Of a DNA stretch of 51,421 nt, positions 17,641 through 31,000 are shown piece after piece. The notes beneath the pieces are model-generated. The model was not told the DNA's origin and did no database searches. It was given only the letters and a program-made list of their open reading frames with translations. The position numbers were made by a program, and so were the translations under genes. This DNA is from Pirellulales bacterium (GTDB lineage Bacteria > Planctomycetota > Planctomycetia > Pirellulales > UBA1268): positions 1-51,421 of the forward strand of contig JAUMAF010000151.1 in NCBI GenBank assembly GCA_032117045.1, in the 5' to 3' direction. The stretch's first letter is position 1; each line of letters starts with the position of its first letter.

Positions 17641-19007
17641 GTTCCTCGCGATACCGTCTTGAGCGCCGCCAGCGCCAGCTTCCGCGCCTCGGCATGATCG
17701 ACGATCGGCTCCGGATAGCCCCGACCCATATCGACCCATGTCTTCACATAACCGCCATCGGGGTCGAACTTCGCCGCCTGACTCGTCGGATTGAAGATCC
17801 GAAAATACGGCGCTGCGTCGGCCCCGCAGCCGGCCGCCCACTGCCAGCCGAGCGTGTTGGCGGCGAGGTCGGCGTCGACGAGCGTGTCCCAGAACCACCT
17901 CGCGCCTTCGAGCCACGAGATCCGCAGATCCTTGACGAGAAAGCTCGCCACGATCATTCGCACGCGGTTGTGCATCCAGCCGGTGGACCAGAGCTGCCGC
18001 ATGCCGGCATCGACGATCGGAAAGCCGGTGCGGCCCCGCTGCCAGGCGCGAAGGCCGATCGGATCGTCGACCCATGGAAACCGGGCATAGTCGGCCCGCA
18101 GCGGTGCGTTGGGCGTATGCGGGAAGTGATAGAGCAGGTGATTGGCAAACTCCCGCCAGCCGAGTTCCCGAAGATAGGTTTCGGCACCACCTGCGGGGAT
18201 CTTCGCGGCCGGGGTCCCACCGACGGCCTCGCGGACGGCGTGCCACACGCGACGGGGCGAGATCTCGCCGAAGTGCAGGTGGGGCGAGAGGCTGCTCGTG
18301 CCCTCGCGATCAGGCCGGTCGCGGCCCTCGCCATAGCCGGAGAGGCCGCGCTCCAAAAACCGTTCCAGCAGCGCGGCGCCGCCGGCGGCGCCGGGCGTCC
18401 ACGTCTTCCGCATGGTCGGGGCCCAGTCGATCGCCGGCAGCAGCCCGAGGGATTCAAGCGGCACCGACTTTTGATCGCGGCCGACCGACGCCTTGAGTCT
18501 CTTTGGCGCGGCCATCGGCTCCGCGGGCTCGTCGCGGGCGAGGAGGCTCCGCCAGAACGGTGTGAACACCTGATACGGCCGGCCCTCCTTGGTCGCCACG
18601 TGCACCGGCTCGAAGAGCAACGAGCCGTTGTAGCTCTCGGCCACGAGCCCGTCGTCGGTGAGCGCCTTCTTGATCGCGGTGTCGCGGGCAACCACTGCCG
18701 GCTCGTACCGCCGGTTCCAGGCCACGTGCGTCGCGGCATGATCCTTCGCGAGGGCCCGCAGGGCGGCGAGCGACGGCCCGCGGCGAATCACGAGCGGCGC
18801 CCCCGCCTTGTCGAGCGCCGCCGCGAGCTTCTCCAGCGAGTGATGCAGCCACCACCGCGAGGCCGCCCCCGGCTCCCAGGGATGCTCCTCCTCCGGCGCC
18901 CAGATGAACACCGGCACCACCGCGCCCCGCGCCGCCGCGGCGGCCAGTGCCGGTTGGTCGTCGAGTCGCAGGTCGTGTCGAAACCAGACGATCGTGGGGC
19001 CGCTCAT
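17637..19007 (-). CDS. phrB: Deoxyribodipyrimidine photolyase (CPD photolyase/cryptochrome family)
   Basis: WFRHDLRLDDQPAL, TSSLSPHLHFGEIS, WREF, GWMHNRVRMIVASFL, WQWAAGCG, RIFNP; start 19007 overlaps the upstream stop (ATGA). Confidence 0.93.
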   Translation of the reverse strand: MSGPTIVWFRHDLRLDDQPALAAAAARGAVVPVFIWAPEEEHPWEPGAASRWWLHHSLEKLAAALDKAGAPLVIRRGPSLAALRALAKDHAATHVAWNRRYEPAVVARDTAIKKALTDDGLVAESYNGSLLFEPVHVATKEGRPYQVFTPFWRSLLARDEPAEPMAAPKRLKASVGRDQKSVPLESLGLLPAIDWAPTMRKTWTPGAAGGAALLERFLERGLSGYGEGRDRPDREGTSSLSPHLHFGEISPRRVWHAVREAVGGTPAAKIPAGGAETYLRELGWREFANHLLYHFPHTPNAPLRADYARFPWVDDPIGLRAWQRGRTGFPIVDAGMRQLWSTGWMHNRVRMIVASFLVKDLRISWLEGARWFWDTLVDADLAANTLGWQWAAGCGADAAPYFRIFNPTSQAAKFDPDGGYVKTWVDMGRGYPEPIVDHAEARKLALAALKTVSRGT

Positions 19008-21964
19008 GGCCGGATTGTAGGCGACCGCAGCGCGGCGTGGAGAATCTCGACGGGATGCAGGGCCGGCCGCCCCGTGCCGTCCTTGATCTGGTGGCGGCAA
19101 CTCGTGCCCGGGGCGGCGATCAGGGTGTCGGTCGCAGCCGACCGCACGAAGGGGAACAGCACGAGTTCGCCGATCTGCATCGAGACGTCGAAGTGCTTCC
19201 GGCCGTAGCCGAACGAGCCGGCCATGCCGCAGCAGCCGCTCGGGATGACCTCCACGGTGAAGTTCCGCGGCAGCCGCAGGATGGTCGCCGAATCCTCCAC
19301 CGAGGAGAGCGCCTTCTGATGGCAGTGGCCGTGGAGGGCAATCCGCCGGGACGACTGGGTGAAGGCCTCGGCCGTGATCCGGCCGAGGCGGACCTCCCGA
19401 GCCAGAAACTCGTCCACAAGCAGGGCGCGGCCGGCAAGCCGGCGGGCAGCGGGCTCGAGCGACTCGGGCACGAGATCGGGATACTCGTCGCGAAAGCCGA
19501 GGATGGCCGACGGCTCGATGCCGATGAGCGGCGCGTCGTCGGTGACCACCGGGTCGAGGAGTTCGACGTTGGTGGCTGCCAAGTCGCGGGCCTCGCGGAG
19601 CAGCCCCATCGAGATCTGGGGCCGGCCGCTGTCGACGTGCCGCGGAATCACCACTTCATATCCGAGCGCCTCGAGCAGTTCGATCGCCTTGATGCCGACG
19701 TCGGCGTCGAGGGTGTCGGTGAACTCATCACAGAACAGATGCACGCGGCCCTTGAAGCCTGGCCCGCCGGCCACCGCATGAGGCGGCGGCCGGTGGCGAT
19801 GCCAGGCGGAGAGCGTGATGCGGGGGAGCGTGGGCAGCGAGCGGCGAGCGGCGAAGCCCAAGCACGCTTTGACGATCCGCGAGACCACCGGCGCCGTCAC
19901 GAGGAAGTTGTAGACCCAGGGCGCCACCGACGCCCACCGTAGCGCCTGCGCCATGCCCGCCACGAGTCGCGACCGGAGCGGCACTCCATGCGAGTCGTGC
20001 CAATGCTGCTGCCACTCCGCCTTGAGCCGCGCCATGTCAACGTTTGACGGGCACTCGCTTTTGCAGGCCTTGCACGACAGGCAGAGATCCATCACGGCGG
20101 CGAGTTCGGGCCGGCTCCAGGGATCGGCCGCCGAGGTCGGCCCGGCGAGCGCCTGTCGGAGCACGTTGGCCCGGGCCCTGGTCGTATCCCGCTCGTCGCG
20201 GGTGGCCATGTAGCTCGGGCACATGGTGCCGCCGGCCTGATGCGACTTGCGACATTGGCCGACGCCCGTGCACTTCTCCGCAGCCCGGAGCACGCCTCCT
20301 GTATCGGCAAATCGAAACACGGTGTCGTGCTCAGGCTCCGGCTCGCCGGGCAGGATCCGCAGCGAGGTATCCATCGGCGGCGCGTCGATGATCTTGCCCG
20401 GATTGAAAATGCCCTGCGGATCGAAGGCCTGCTTCACCCGCGTGAGCAGCCGGTAGCACTCGTCGCCCACCATCGTGCGGATGAACTCACCGCGAAGCCG
20501 GCCGTCGCCATGCTCACCCGAGAGGCTGCCGCGGTATTTCTTCACGAGCGCCGCCACATCGGTGGCCACGTCCCGAAACATCCGCAACCCGGTGGCCGTA
20601 TGCAGGTCAAAGAGCGGCCGCAGGTGCAGCTCGCCGGCCCCCGCGTGGGCGTAATGCACGCAGTCGATGCCGTATTTCTCGGCGAGCAGTTGGTCGAACT
20701 CGGCGATGTAGGCCGGGAGATCTTCGATGGCGACGGCGGTATCTTCGACGATCTCCCGCGGCTTGGCGTCACCGGGGAGATTGTTGACGAGCCCCTGCCC
20801 GGCCCGGCGGAGTTCCCAGACCTTGTTGCCGTCGTCGCCGAAGAGCACGGGATACGCATAGCCCAGAGCCGCTGTCCGCAGGTCGGATCTCAGCCGCTCA
20901 AGCAGCGCCTCGAGTGTCGGCCGGTAGTCGTGCCGGAGCTCCACCACCAGCACCGCGCCCGGATCGCCCTCGACGAAGTCGCGGTTTCGGGCCTGCTCGA
21001 GGTTGGCCCTGGTGCAGTCGAGGATCTTCTTGTCGATGAGTTCGCAGCCCGTCGGGCGATGACGCATCGCGACGACCGCCGCCTGCAAGGCCTCGTCGAC
21101 GGTCGCGCAGTGCACGATGAGGAGGGCGGCCGGCGGCGGGAGTGGCACGAGGTTCAACTCGTACTCGACGCCCAGGAAGAGCGTGCCCTCCGAGCCGGCG
21201 ATCAGGCGGCAGAGGTTGAACGGCTCCTCGACGGCGGGATCGAAGCAGGAGGCCTCCATCAGCGTGTCGACGGCGTAGCCCGTGTTCCGCCGCGTGACCT
21301 CCGGCCTGGGGAAAGAGTCGCGGATCAGCCGTCGGTTCGCGGGGTCGCCGAGCAGATCGCCGAGGCTCCGATGGATCCGGGCTTCGAGCGTTTCGGGGCC
21401 GGCGCACTTGGCGGTGAACTCCTCGCGAGACAGCGGCCCGAAGGTCGCCTCGCTGCCATCGGCCAGAAACCCCCGCGCCGACACCAGATGATCGCGGGTC
21501 GAGCCGTAGGCGATGGAGTTGGATCCGCAGGAATTGTTGCCCACCATGCCGCCGATCATCGCCCAGTTGGCAGTCGAGGTTTCGGGGGCGAAGAACAGCC
21601 CGTGCGGCGCCAGGAACCGGTTGAGTTCGTTGCGGACCACGCCCGGCTGCACCCGGACCCGCCGATGGGCGACGTCGAGCGACCCGATGCGATCGAGGTG
21701 CCGCCCAAGATCGACCACGATTCCGCCCCCCACGACCTGACCGGCGAGTGATGTGCCGGCCGCGCGGGGAATCAGGCCGACGGCATGCGTTGCCGCGAAC
21801 CGCACGAGCTCGCGGACGTCCGCCTCCGACTTCGGCAGGGCCACCGCCAACGGCCGCTCCTGATACTCCGACGCGTCGGTCGCGTAGACCGTCCGCGCAA
21901 GGTCATCGACATGGAGGTCGCCCTCAAGGCGACGGGCGAGAGCGGTAAACGGGAGGATCGACAT
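19004..21964 (-). CDS. FAD-binding and 4Fe-4S oxidoreductase (GlcD/GlcF fusion, YdiJ-like 2-hydroxyacid dehydrogenase family)
   Basis: YATDASEY, AAGTSLAGQ, SGEHGDG, CTGVGQC, CLSCKACKSECP, HGHCHQ, CCGMAGSFG. Confidence 0.92.
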   Translation of the reverse strand: MSILPFTALARRLEGDLHVDDLARTVYATDASEYQERPLAVALPKSEADVRELVRFAATHAVGLIPRAAGTSLAGQVVGGGIVVDLGRHLDRIGSLDVAHRRVRVQPGVVRNELNRFLAPHGLFFAPETSTANWAMIGGMVGNNSCGSNSIAYGSTRDHLVSARGFLADGSEATFGPLSREEFTAKCAGPETLEARIHRSLGDLLGDPANRRLIRDSFPRPEVTRRNTGYAVDTLMEASCFDPAVEEPFNLCRLIAGSEGTLFLGVEYELNLVPLPPPAALLIVHCATVDEALQAAVVAMRHRPTGCELIDKKILDCTRANLEQARNRDFVEGDPGAVLVVELRHDYRPTLEALLERLRSDLRTAALGYAYPVLFGDDGNKVWELRRAGQGLVNNLPGDAKPREIVEDTAVAIEDLPAYIAEFDQLLAEKYGIDCVHYAHAGAGELHLRPLFDLHTATGLRMFRDVATDVAALVKKYRGSLSGEHGDGRLRGEFIRTMVGDECYRLLTRVKQAFDPQGIFNPGKIIDAPPMDTSLRILPGEPEPEHDTVFRFADTGGVLRAAEKCTGVGQCRKSHQAGGTMCPSYMATRDERDTTRARANVLRQALAGPTSAADPWSRPELAAVMDLCLSCKACKSECPSNVDMARLKAEWQQHWHDSHGVPLRSRLVAGMAQALRWASVAPWVYNFLVTAPVVSRIVKACLGFAARRSLPTLPRITLSAWHRHRPPPHAVAGGPGFKGRVHLFCDEFTDTLDADVGIKAIELLEALGYEVVIPRHVDSGRPQISMGLLREARDLAATNVELLDPVVTDDAPLIGIEPSAILGFRDEYPDLVPESLEPAARRLAGRALLVDEFLAREVRLGRITAEAFTQSSRRIALHGHCHQKALSSVEDSATILRLPRNFTVEVIPSGCCGMAGSFGYGRKHFDVSMQIGELVLFPFVRSAATDTLIAAPGTSCRHQIKDGTGRPALHPVEILHAALRSPTIRP

Positions 21965-22045
21965 GCGGACCGTGAGCGGGCGCGATGAGGGATGGCCGTG
22001 CCTATCATCCGCGTATTGGCCCGTGCCGGCAACCGCCCGCCAGGC

Positions 22046-25000
22046 TCAGATCGTGGCAAAGATGTTCTTTTTTCGGGGGGTCGGCTGCTGGTCGAGGGCC
22101 ATCACTGCAAAAGCGGCGTCCAGTGGCGAGAGAGGGGCGATCGCCGCAGAGGACGCCACGGGAGCGAGGCCGGCCGGGAGATACGAGCCTGCGTTATACA
22201 GGCCCGCGGTCATGAAATCCGCCACGTCACGGATGTCCGTAACCCCGTCGTACGTGAAGTCGCCGGTCGACCATGTCGCCGTTGACCCCGTATTGAACTT
22301 CCCGCCGGCGATGAAGCCGGCGGCGTCGAGGACGTCGGTCTGGCCGTCGAGATTCGTGTCGCCCGGTGCGGCGAATCCCACGCTGATCGAGCCATCGCCA
22401 TGGTCGTACCAGCCAATCGCCCGCCGGTCGCCCAGCGTGATTGCCCCGGCGACGGCCGCCGAGACGATGCCCGACGCGCCATCCCACGCCCCGCCATTCC
22501 GCCCTGCGGCGAGCAGGGCGACGAGATCCGCAGCCACGAGACCACCGGCCACGCGAATCCGTCCGAAACCGATCTCGACGATTGCCCCCGGCTCGACCAC
22601 GAGCGACGCCATGTCGATCTCTTCGATACCCACGTCGAGCGTCAGCCTCGCGCCGGCCTTCACCAGGATCGCTCCGCTCCCGAGTGCAGCCACGTTTTTC
22701 ACCACCACCTCGCCGACTTCGACCGATGTGCCTGCGGTGTGGCTGTTGGCCAGCGTGAGGATCAGTGTGCCCGAGCCCTTCTTGATGATCCGGTCGTTGC
22801 CGGAGCGGGGCGTCGAGTCGACGACCGTGGCGAGCGCCGGCACGGTGAGTTCGACCGGCGTGTAGACGGGCACGGCGATGACTGAGCCGAGTTTGAGGGC
22901 GAGGCCGACGTTCGGTGTCTGGCCGGCGTTCACCTGGGCGACCAGCGTCGGCGTGGCGTTGTCGTAGCGAAGCGTGTTGGCCCCGCCGCCGCCATCGAGC
23001 GTGCCCGGGAACGTGACCGAGGGCGACGTCATCACGAACGTGTCGTCGTTCGAGCCCCCGATCACTGCCTCGATCGCCGTGCCGGCATGCGTGGCCGAGG
23101 CCCCCGGCGCCGTCACCGTCACGCTGCCGAGACTGACGGTGAGCGCGGAGGTGACCAGCGCGAAGTCCATCGTGTCGGAGCCCTCGCCGGCGATCTCGAT
23201 GATCGTGTCGGTGCCGAAGAGGTCGGCGAACGAATAGGTGTCGTTTCCGGGGCCGCCCGCGAGCGTGTCGCTGCCCCAGCCGCCCAAGAGCATGTCGTCG
23301 CCGTACCCGCCGGAGATCGAGTCGCCACCGTTGTTGCCCTCCAGCCGATCCCAGCCGACGCCTCCCGTGAGCGAGTCGCCGCCGTCTCCACCCTCGAACC
23401 AGACCGGCAGTCCGCCGGCGGTGAGCGTGTCGTTCTTCGTGCCGCCGATCACGTGGCGGAGGCCGCGGACGCTCGCAGTGCCCGTCGCCGTGCCGAGGAA
23501 CGTGAAGTCGAGGGCGCCGAGGTAGCTCACCGTCACCGCCGAGGTCCACGCCGAGTAATCGAGCGTGTCGAAGTCGGTGAAGTCGTAGCCCGGGTTGGCG
23601 TAGCCATCGAGCCGCCCGCCGAAGGCCGCGCCGTCGGCGAGCCGGAAGACGTCGGCCTGCCCCGTGCCCATCACCATGTCGATGCCCGCCGCGGTGGCGA
23701 CGGTCACCCGGTTGGTGCCAAACGTGACGTCGATCGAGCCGCCGATCGCCGCGTCGATGCCCCCCGGGCCGGTCACCTGGCTGAAGTCGAGCGTGTCGCT
23801 TCCTTGCCCCGCGGCCTCGGTGACTGTGTCGGTTTGGGCCGCTGCCGAGCGGAAGAAATAGTAGATGTCGTCGCCCAGACCGCCGGCGAGCGTGTCGGAT
23901 CCGTCGCCGCCGTAGATCGAATCATCGCCGCCACGGCCGGTGAGGATGTCGTTCCCGGCACCACCCGAGAGCAGATTAGCGGCCGCGTTGCCTGAGAGCG
24001 TGTCGCCGCCGTTGCCGCCGTACACGTTCTCAAACGCGGTCGCGCCGGCCAGGCCGCTCGCCGTGCCGGCGGCAAGATCGACCGTCACGCCGGCCGTCCA
24101 GGCCGCCCAGCGGTAGGGCTCGCCGGCGTACGAGAGCGTGTCCGTGCCCGTGCCGCCGTCGATCGTGGCGGCGAGCGCGGAGCCCTCGCGGATCGAGACC
24201 ACGTCGTTGCCGCTGCCGAACAGGATCGACTCAATCGTGTTGGCGTAGTAGGAGGCGCCGACGTAGGCCCCAACGTCGGAGTCGTAGCCGCTGATGGAGT
24301 ACGAGTTCGTCGGATCCACGAGCATCTGCAGCCCCGCGGTGACGGCGGTGAAGTCGAGCGTGTCGCTGCCGGCCCCGGCCACCTCGATCACGGTATCGCT
24401 GAAGACACCTGAGAACACGTAATTGTCGGCACCCGTTCCTCCCTCGAGCCGGTTGGAGCCCGCGCCGCCCACGAGGTGATCGTTGCCCGCGTCACCCCGC
24501 AGCGTGTCACCGCCCGCCTCGCCGTACAGGAAGTCGTTGTCGCCGTTGCCGCCGATCGTGTCGCCACCGTCGCCGCCCCAGATGCGGTCGACTCCGGTGC
24601 CGCCGAGCAGGATGTCGTCGTTGCCGAGGCCGCGGATCGCCGTCGAGCCGCTGAAGACCGAGGCGTCGATCCGGTTCTTGCCGCTGCCGCCGGTGAGCAG
24701 GCCGATCTCGACCGTGGCGACGGTGCTCACGCGGCCGGACACCGTCACGACGATATTCGTGAGCAGCGAGTCGACGTCGGCGTTCACCACGATGGTGTCG
24801 CCGTCCGTGCCGCCGTCGTAGATGTCCGCCCCGGTGCCCGCCGGGTCGGCCGCATATTCCCCGCCGCTGGTCACGTCGATCACGAACAGCGTGTCGGATC
24901 CGGCGTCGCCATACACCCGATCGGTGCCCGCTCCGCCCACGAGCGTGTCGCCGCCGTCGCCGCCGAAGAGCGTGTCGTCGCCCGTCCCACCAAAGATGAG

Positions 25001-28000
25001 GTCGTTGTCGCCGCCGCCGCGGAGACCGTCGCCGCCGGCGGCGAGATTCCCGTCGTTGCCGGCGCCGCCGAAGATCACGTCGGCCGCAGCGCCGCCGTGG
25101 AGATACCAGTCGTCGCCGTCGCCCCCCTCGATCCAGTTGGCCTCGGTGTCGCCGCCCGTGATCCGGTCGCGGCCCTCGTCGCCGAACAGCCGGTCGCCCT
25201 GCTGGCCGCCGACGATCGTGTCGTCGCCGCCGCGGCCACGGATCCAGTCGTTGCCTCCCTCGGTGATCACGTTGGCCGGCAGATCGGCTCCATCGTCGCC
25301 GTGGAGTACGTCGTCATCGGTGCCGCAGCCACCGTCGATGAAGTCGTCGCCGTCGCGCAGGAACACGGCATCCGGCACGTCGCCGAAGCCGATCGTGACG
25401 GCCTGCCCGGCGGTGACCGTGATCACGAAGTCGTCGCGGGTGTCGTCGGCCACGACACCCGCCGGCATCCGGGCAAGTCCGCCGCCGGAGAAGTTGGGCA
25501 GGCCGGTGACGGTTTTCGTGCCGAGCCAGCTCGACGTGCCGCCGGCGGCCGTTTGGATGGCGTAAAGCTTCTCGCCGTTGGTGAGGCCGAAGAGGCCGCC
25601 CTGCGGATTCGTCTCCAGGCCGATCACCGGCTCGGTGATCGCGGGCAGCAGGCTGCGGACCCTCGTGGTGTTGCCGCCGAGCACGCTCGGATCGACCACG
25701 AGGAGCTCCTGGCTGCCGATCTGGCCGAGCCCCTCAGGCTTGGGCGACGTGCCCACGATCCAGACCTTCGTCGCCGACTCCACCGCCACGTCGCCCACCG
25801 GCCAGTACGGCACGTTGGCCGGCGTCCGCATCGGGCCCCGAGCCTCCCAGGTGGCGGTGGCGATGTCGTAGCGATAAATGCCGTCGAGGCTCACGCCGAT
25901 GAGCGTGCCCTCGTCGAGTGCGTCGAAGCCCACGAGCGGCTCGACGCCCGGCGTCGGTCCGAGATCGAGAAGCGTGCCCGCGGCGACGTCGTATCGCCAG
26001 AGGCGATCCGTGCCGCCGGTCGCCCCGGCCCGGGACGTGCCGGTGATGAACAGCACGCCGGCGGCCGGCGACGCCAAGTCACGGGCCTCGAGCGTGCCGA
26101 AGTCACTGACCCGCGTCGCGGCCTGCGTGACGGGATCGATCGTGACGAGCACGCTCTTCCAGTTCGCCTGGTTCGGGTCCGACGAGTCGAAGCCGATCGC
26201 GTAGAGCGTCTCGGCCTGCCAGACGCCGCCCGGCGTGGCCTGCCGCCACGGGAAGACGGGCATCTGCTGGATCGTGTAGGTGCCGGGGGCGAGATTCGAG
26301 AATCGGAAGCCGCCGAGTTCGGTGGCGGAGGTGCGGCCGTCGCCGTTGACGTCGAGCGGGGCCGTGAGCACGGTCGCCTGCACCACGCCGGAGGCGTCGG
26401 AGAGGAGCACGTACTGGTCGGCCAGGCCGAGCTCGTGGACCGACTGGCCCATGCCGGCCTCACGGGGATCGTGCTGCCAGACGGTGCCCTGAATGATGGC
26501 CCCCTGCTCCGCCATGCCCGACACGACGACTCCGTCGGTGAGTGACGCGCCTGCGGCCCCGCCGCCGATCACGAACTCGAACTGAAAATCGGTGCCGGAG
26601 GTGCCGTTGCCCGACGGGAACTCCGAGACGCCATTGGTCCACTCGCCGTCGAGGACAGCGCCCGAGGAAGAGCTGATCGAGCCATCGTCGAGCACCACGC
26701 GATAGCGGCCGGGTATAAGCGTGCGGCCGCCGCTGACCTTCGCAACCTCGTACCGTACCCAGGTGGGCCGGGCTGGATCAGCCGGCAGGAGCGTGAGCCC
26801 GATCGACTCATTCGGCACCACGTCGATCCTCGTGAGCGTCGCTCCTTCTTTGATCGTGAGCGGGCTGGCCGAGGTGCAGATCTCGAATGCCAGGTAGTGA
26901 TGCTCCGCCGCCATGATCGCCGTCAACTGGCTGGCGCCGTCCGGGATGCTCTTCCAGGTGATCGCCTGGGTGTCGGTGCCGAGATACACGCCGTCGACCA
27001 CAGGCGCCGTGCTCAGCGACACGCGGAAGTCGTAGGCCGCAGCCGAGCCACCGCTGGCGAGCGTCACGGGGTGAATCGCCGTGGCCGGCGCCGTGACACG
27101 GCCGCATGTGGCGAGGTCGGCGATCACGATACGATAGGCGCCTGGCCGCAGGTCGGTGAACGAGTAGACGCCGTTCGCCGCGGTCCTCGTGACGATCTCG
27201 CCATCGTCGTACGCGCCGTCGGCATCGGCGTCGAGGTAGACGAGTACGCCGCCGAGGGGCTGGTCGCGCGTGGTCTTCACGCTGCCGGAGAGCGTGCCCA
27301 TGCGGTAGTAGCCGAACTGCGGCGGCGTCGGACCCGGTGTCGTGCCAAGATTGACGCTCGAGATCAGCGGCGTGGACGGCACCCATCCTGCCGGAATCGA
27401 CTCGATGACCTCGCCCCCCAGCACGAATCGGCCCACCCACGCGACGTGGCGGCCGGCGGCGAAATCGCCTTCGACAGGCGCCACGACCTTGCCGCCGGGC
27501 ACCTCGCCCATAGCGACGATCTGGCCCGTGGCATCCGTCACCACCAGGCCCCAGGTGAGATCGGCGGGGGCATCGGGCTCGCCCACGTCGCGGATGCCGT
27601 CGGCATCGAGATCCTCGAAGATGAAAGCCGTCAGCTTCGAACGGTTCTCAGAGGGATACACCTCCGGATAGAAGAAGATCTCAGGGCCGCAGGAGTCGGG
27701 GGCCACGGTGGCCCGGAAGCCGCCGTGGATCGACTCCTCCACCGCGCGGCCGTGGGTGCGGTCGTCGAGGTGATGCTGGTAGCCGAGTGCCGTCGTGCCG
27801 CCGTAGACGGTGTCGGCCCCCTCGCGGGCGAAGATCTCGTCGTCGCCTGGGCCACCCTCGATCCAGTTAGCCCCCGCGCCGCCGTCGATCACGTCGCGGC
27901 CGTCGCCGCCGAAGATCGTGGCGTTGCCCCCCACGACACCGAGGTCGGGGTTCGTCGAGACGACGAGCGCATCGCTGCCCGGACCGCCAAGGACGTAGTC

Positions 28001-31000
28001 GTCACCGGCGCCGAACTCGACGAGATCGCTGTCGAACCCGGCGTCGATGTAGTCGCGGCCCGCGGTGCCGGAGATCGTGTCGTTGCCGTCGCCGCCGAGG
28101 ATCACGCTCTTGAAGAGCCCGCTGCCGCGGGCGGCCTCGGCCGGCAGCCAGCCGGTGGCCACGAGCACGGGCGCGAAGCCGTGCGTGGCAAGCGTCACGT
28201 TCTTCGTGCCGTGGGTCGCCGCGGCCTCCACGCCGACGGCGGCGCTCTCGGCGTAGATCAGGTCGAAGCCGGGGCCGCCGTCGATGAAGTTGAAGCCGGT
28301 GCCGCCCTCGATCAGGTCGGCGTTTACGTTCACGGCGCTGCCGTCGCCAACGCCGTGGCCGAACGCGGTGATCGCCACGGGCTCGCCGCCGACGGTACGG
28401 TCGAAGCCGTCGCCATAGATGAGGTCGAACCCGTCGCGGCCATAGACCTTGTCGTTGCCAGACCCGCCCTCGAGGAAGTCATCGCCCGAGCCACCGTCGA
28501 CCGTGTCGTCGCCTGCGCTCGCGTAGACCGTGTCGATGCCCTTGCCGGCCATGATGACGTCGTCGCCGTCGCCGCCCCAGATTGTGTCGTTGCACGACGC
28601 CCCGCCGCCGAAGCCGTCGGGAACATTCACCATGTCACCCGTTTCGTCGTCGCCGTAGAGCTGGTCGGCGCCCGCGCCGCCGTCGAGCGTGTCGTTGCCG
28701 CCGTAGCCGAGGAGGATGTCGTTGCCGTCGTCGCCGAAAAGAATGTCGGCGGCCGCTCGGCCCATGAGTTTGTCGCGGCCGGCGGTGCCGACCACCGAAC
28801 CCGAGTCGCCGCGGAGTGTGTTGGCGGCGCTGCCGCCCGTGAGCCGGTCGTTGCCCGGGCCGCCGTAGCCCCAGACAGGGATCGTGACGTTCGACGTGAC
28901 CGTGACGATGTCGTTGCCGAGGCCGGCGTCGAACCAGATCGCGGCGATCGACGCCGCGGTGTATCGCTCCTCGAAATCGTAGCCCCGCACGACGATGTCA
29001 CCGCCGACCTGGTCGATCTCAAACTCCTCGTCGCCGTCCTCCGTTTCGCCGGGCAGCACGAGGCCGGCCCGCGGGCCGGCATTGAGCACGAGGGTCGAGA
29101 CGTTGGCCGTGGAACCATTGGCGTCATGGTCGAACGCCGTGACGTCGAACAGGTCGGGCGTGACCGGCGGGCAGGTGACCATCTCCCAGTCGAAGAGCTC
29201 GAGCCGGAGCAGTTCGAAGGTGTCTTTCCAGAGCGTCACGAACCCGAAGGGCGTCGAGAACCCGACCTTGATAGAGGCCTCGAAGAAGGCGTCGATCGAG
29301 CCCTCGAGGTCGAAGATGCACTCGGGTCCGCTGCGGAGGTTGCCGAGCAGCTCGTCGAGGTGCACCTTGCCGTCGCCGTTGTTGTCCTTGAGATTGGCGC
29401 CGAGCACGCCCTCCACGCCCGCGTCGACGCCCGCCTTCGCCACCACCACGTTGAGCTCGGCGCCGGCGCCCACTGTGGCGGTAAACGTGAGCTCCGGCTT
29501 GTCGACGCCGCCGGCATCGACGTCGCCGAGGAACACCCCGTTGAGGACCTTGCTGGCCCGCACCTCCGCGCCGGCCATCGCCTGGCGGATGCCGCGGGTG
29601 TCGTAGCCGAGCGAGAAGTCGGTGGCGAACTCGAAGCCGCCGAAGAACTTCGCGAATAGCGGCGGGAAGATCGGGAAGCTCTGCTCCAGCCGGAATCCGG
29701 CCCGCAGGTCGGGCATGTCCCAGAGGACGAGCGTGGGGTTGTCGCCGAAGAGGATGTCGACGAGCGACCCCACGGGATCGTCAAAGATGGGGAACGAGAC
29801 CGAGCCCGCGGTGACCTCGTTGTAGGCATGGGCCGTGTCCCCGGTTGCATCACGGGGCGACGCGGCGATACCAGTGCCCGCATCAAACGCGTCGGCATCG
29901 GGGGCGACGGCGCCCTCGGCGAGCTTCGCGCGGAGGGTGGCGGCGCTCGAGCTGCCGGCGGTGCCCGCGGGGAGTTTGAGGCTGCCGAGCGAAATCCTGC
30001 TCGACTCCGCGAGCCCGCCGAGCGTCGAGATCACGTCGTCGACGTCGGCCACTGCCTCGATGAACGCCACCGCGCCGTCGTAGTCGCCATCACCCGTGGC
30101 CCGGATCACGTCGAGCACCGTGATCGCCCCGGCGCCCGCGAGCTTCGAGATGTCGGAGAGCACCGGCACCTCGCTCGTGAGCAGGTCGAGCACCGGGCGG
30201 ATCGGCTCCAGGAAGGTGTCCACCGTGGAGAAGATCTCCTTGATCGGCCCCGAGAGCAGCCCGCCGAGATCGATGAAGGTGTCGGTAATCTCGAAGAAGA
30301 ACTTGTCGGCATCGAGGTCGCCAAAGGCCACGGCACCGCCCCCCGCCGCGGCGGTGGAAGTGAAGCCCATGGCCATCGACACGCCGAGGCCGGCCCCGGC
30401 GAGGTCGGCAAAAATCTCGGCGGTCAGGTCGACCCCCAGTTCCGCCCGCACGTCGCCCGACACCGTCAGATTGGTGAACAGGTCGCCGAGATCGGACAAC
30501 CCGTAGCTCGCCGCGGCCACGTCGGCGAAGAGGCCCGCTTCGAGTTCACGTCCTACGAAGGTGTCGGTCAGGGCGAACGTCAGCGGGCCAAGCTGCATCG
30601 AGAGGCCGGCCCCGGGCAGTTCGAGCGCGACGTTCGTGGTGATTTCCCGCGCCGAGCCGGTCTGCACGAAGAAGCCCCGGGCGAGGCTGTAGCCGAGACC
30701 GACGTTCACGCCGAAGCCCGTAGTCATCACCAGCGAGGCATCGCCCACGAAGGCGAGCCCGAGCCCGTCCATGCCGAGGTCGACGTCTGCGGCGGCCAGC
30801 GTCTTCGTCGTCTCGCCCGCGAGCACGACGTTCACGACCAGTTCGTCATCGGAGTCGAGGAAGTCGGACCATGGTTTCGTCCAGTCGGATGACGCCGACG
30901 TGAAATCGCTGCCATTGAGCTTGAAACTGAAGTCTCCGGCGATGGCCCCGGCCGTTTCGTCGGCGGCGGCCGCGGCACCGAACTTGAGATTGAGCCAGGC

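Noticed and set aside
17700-17760. Short photolyase C-terminus (YVKTWVDMGRGYPEPIVDH) as another deletion
   Set aside because: In frame, and short variants lacking the IHxPW loop occur naturally in this family.
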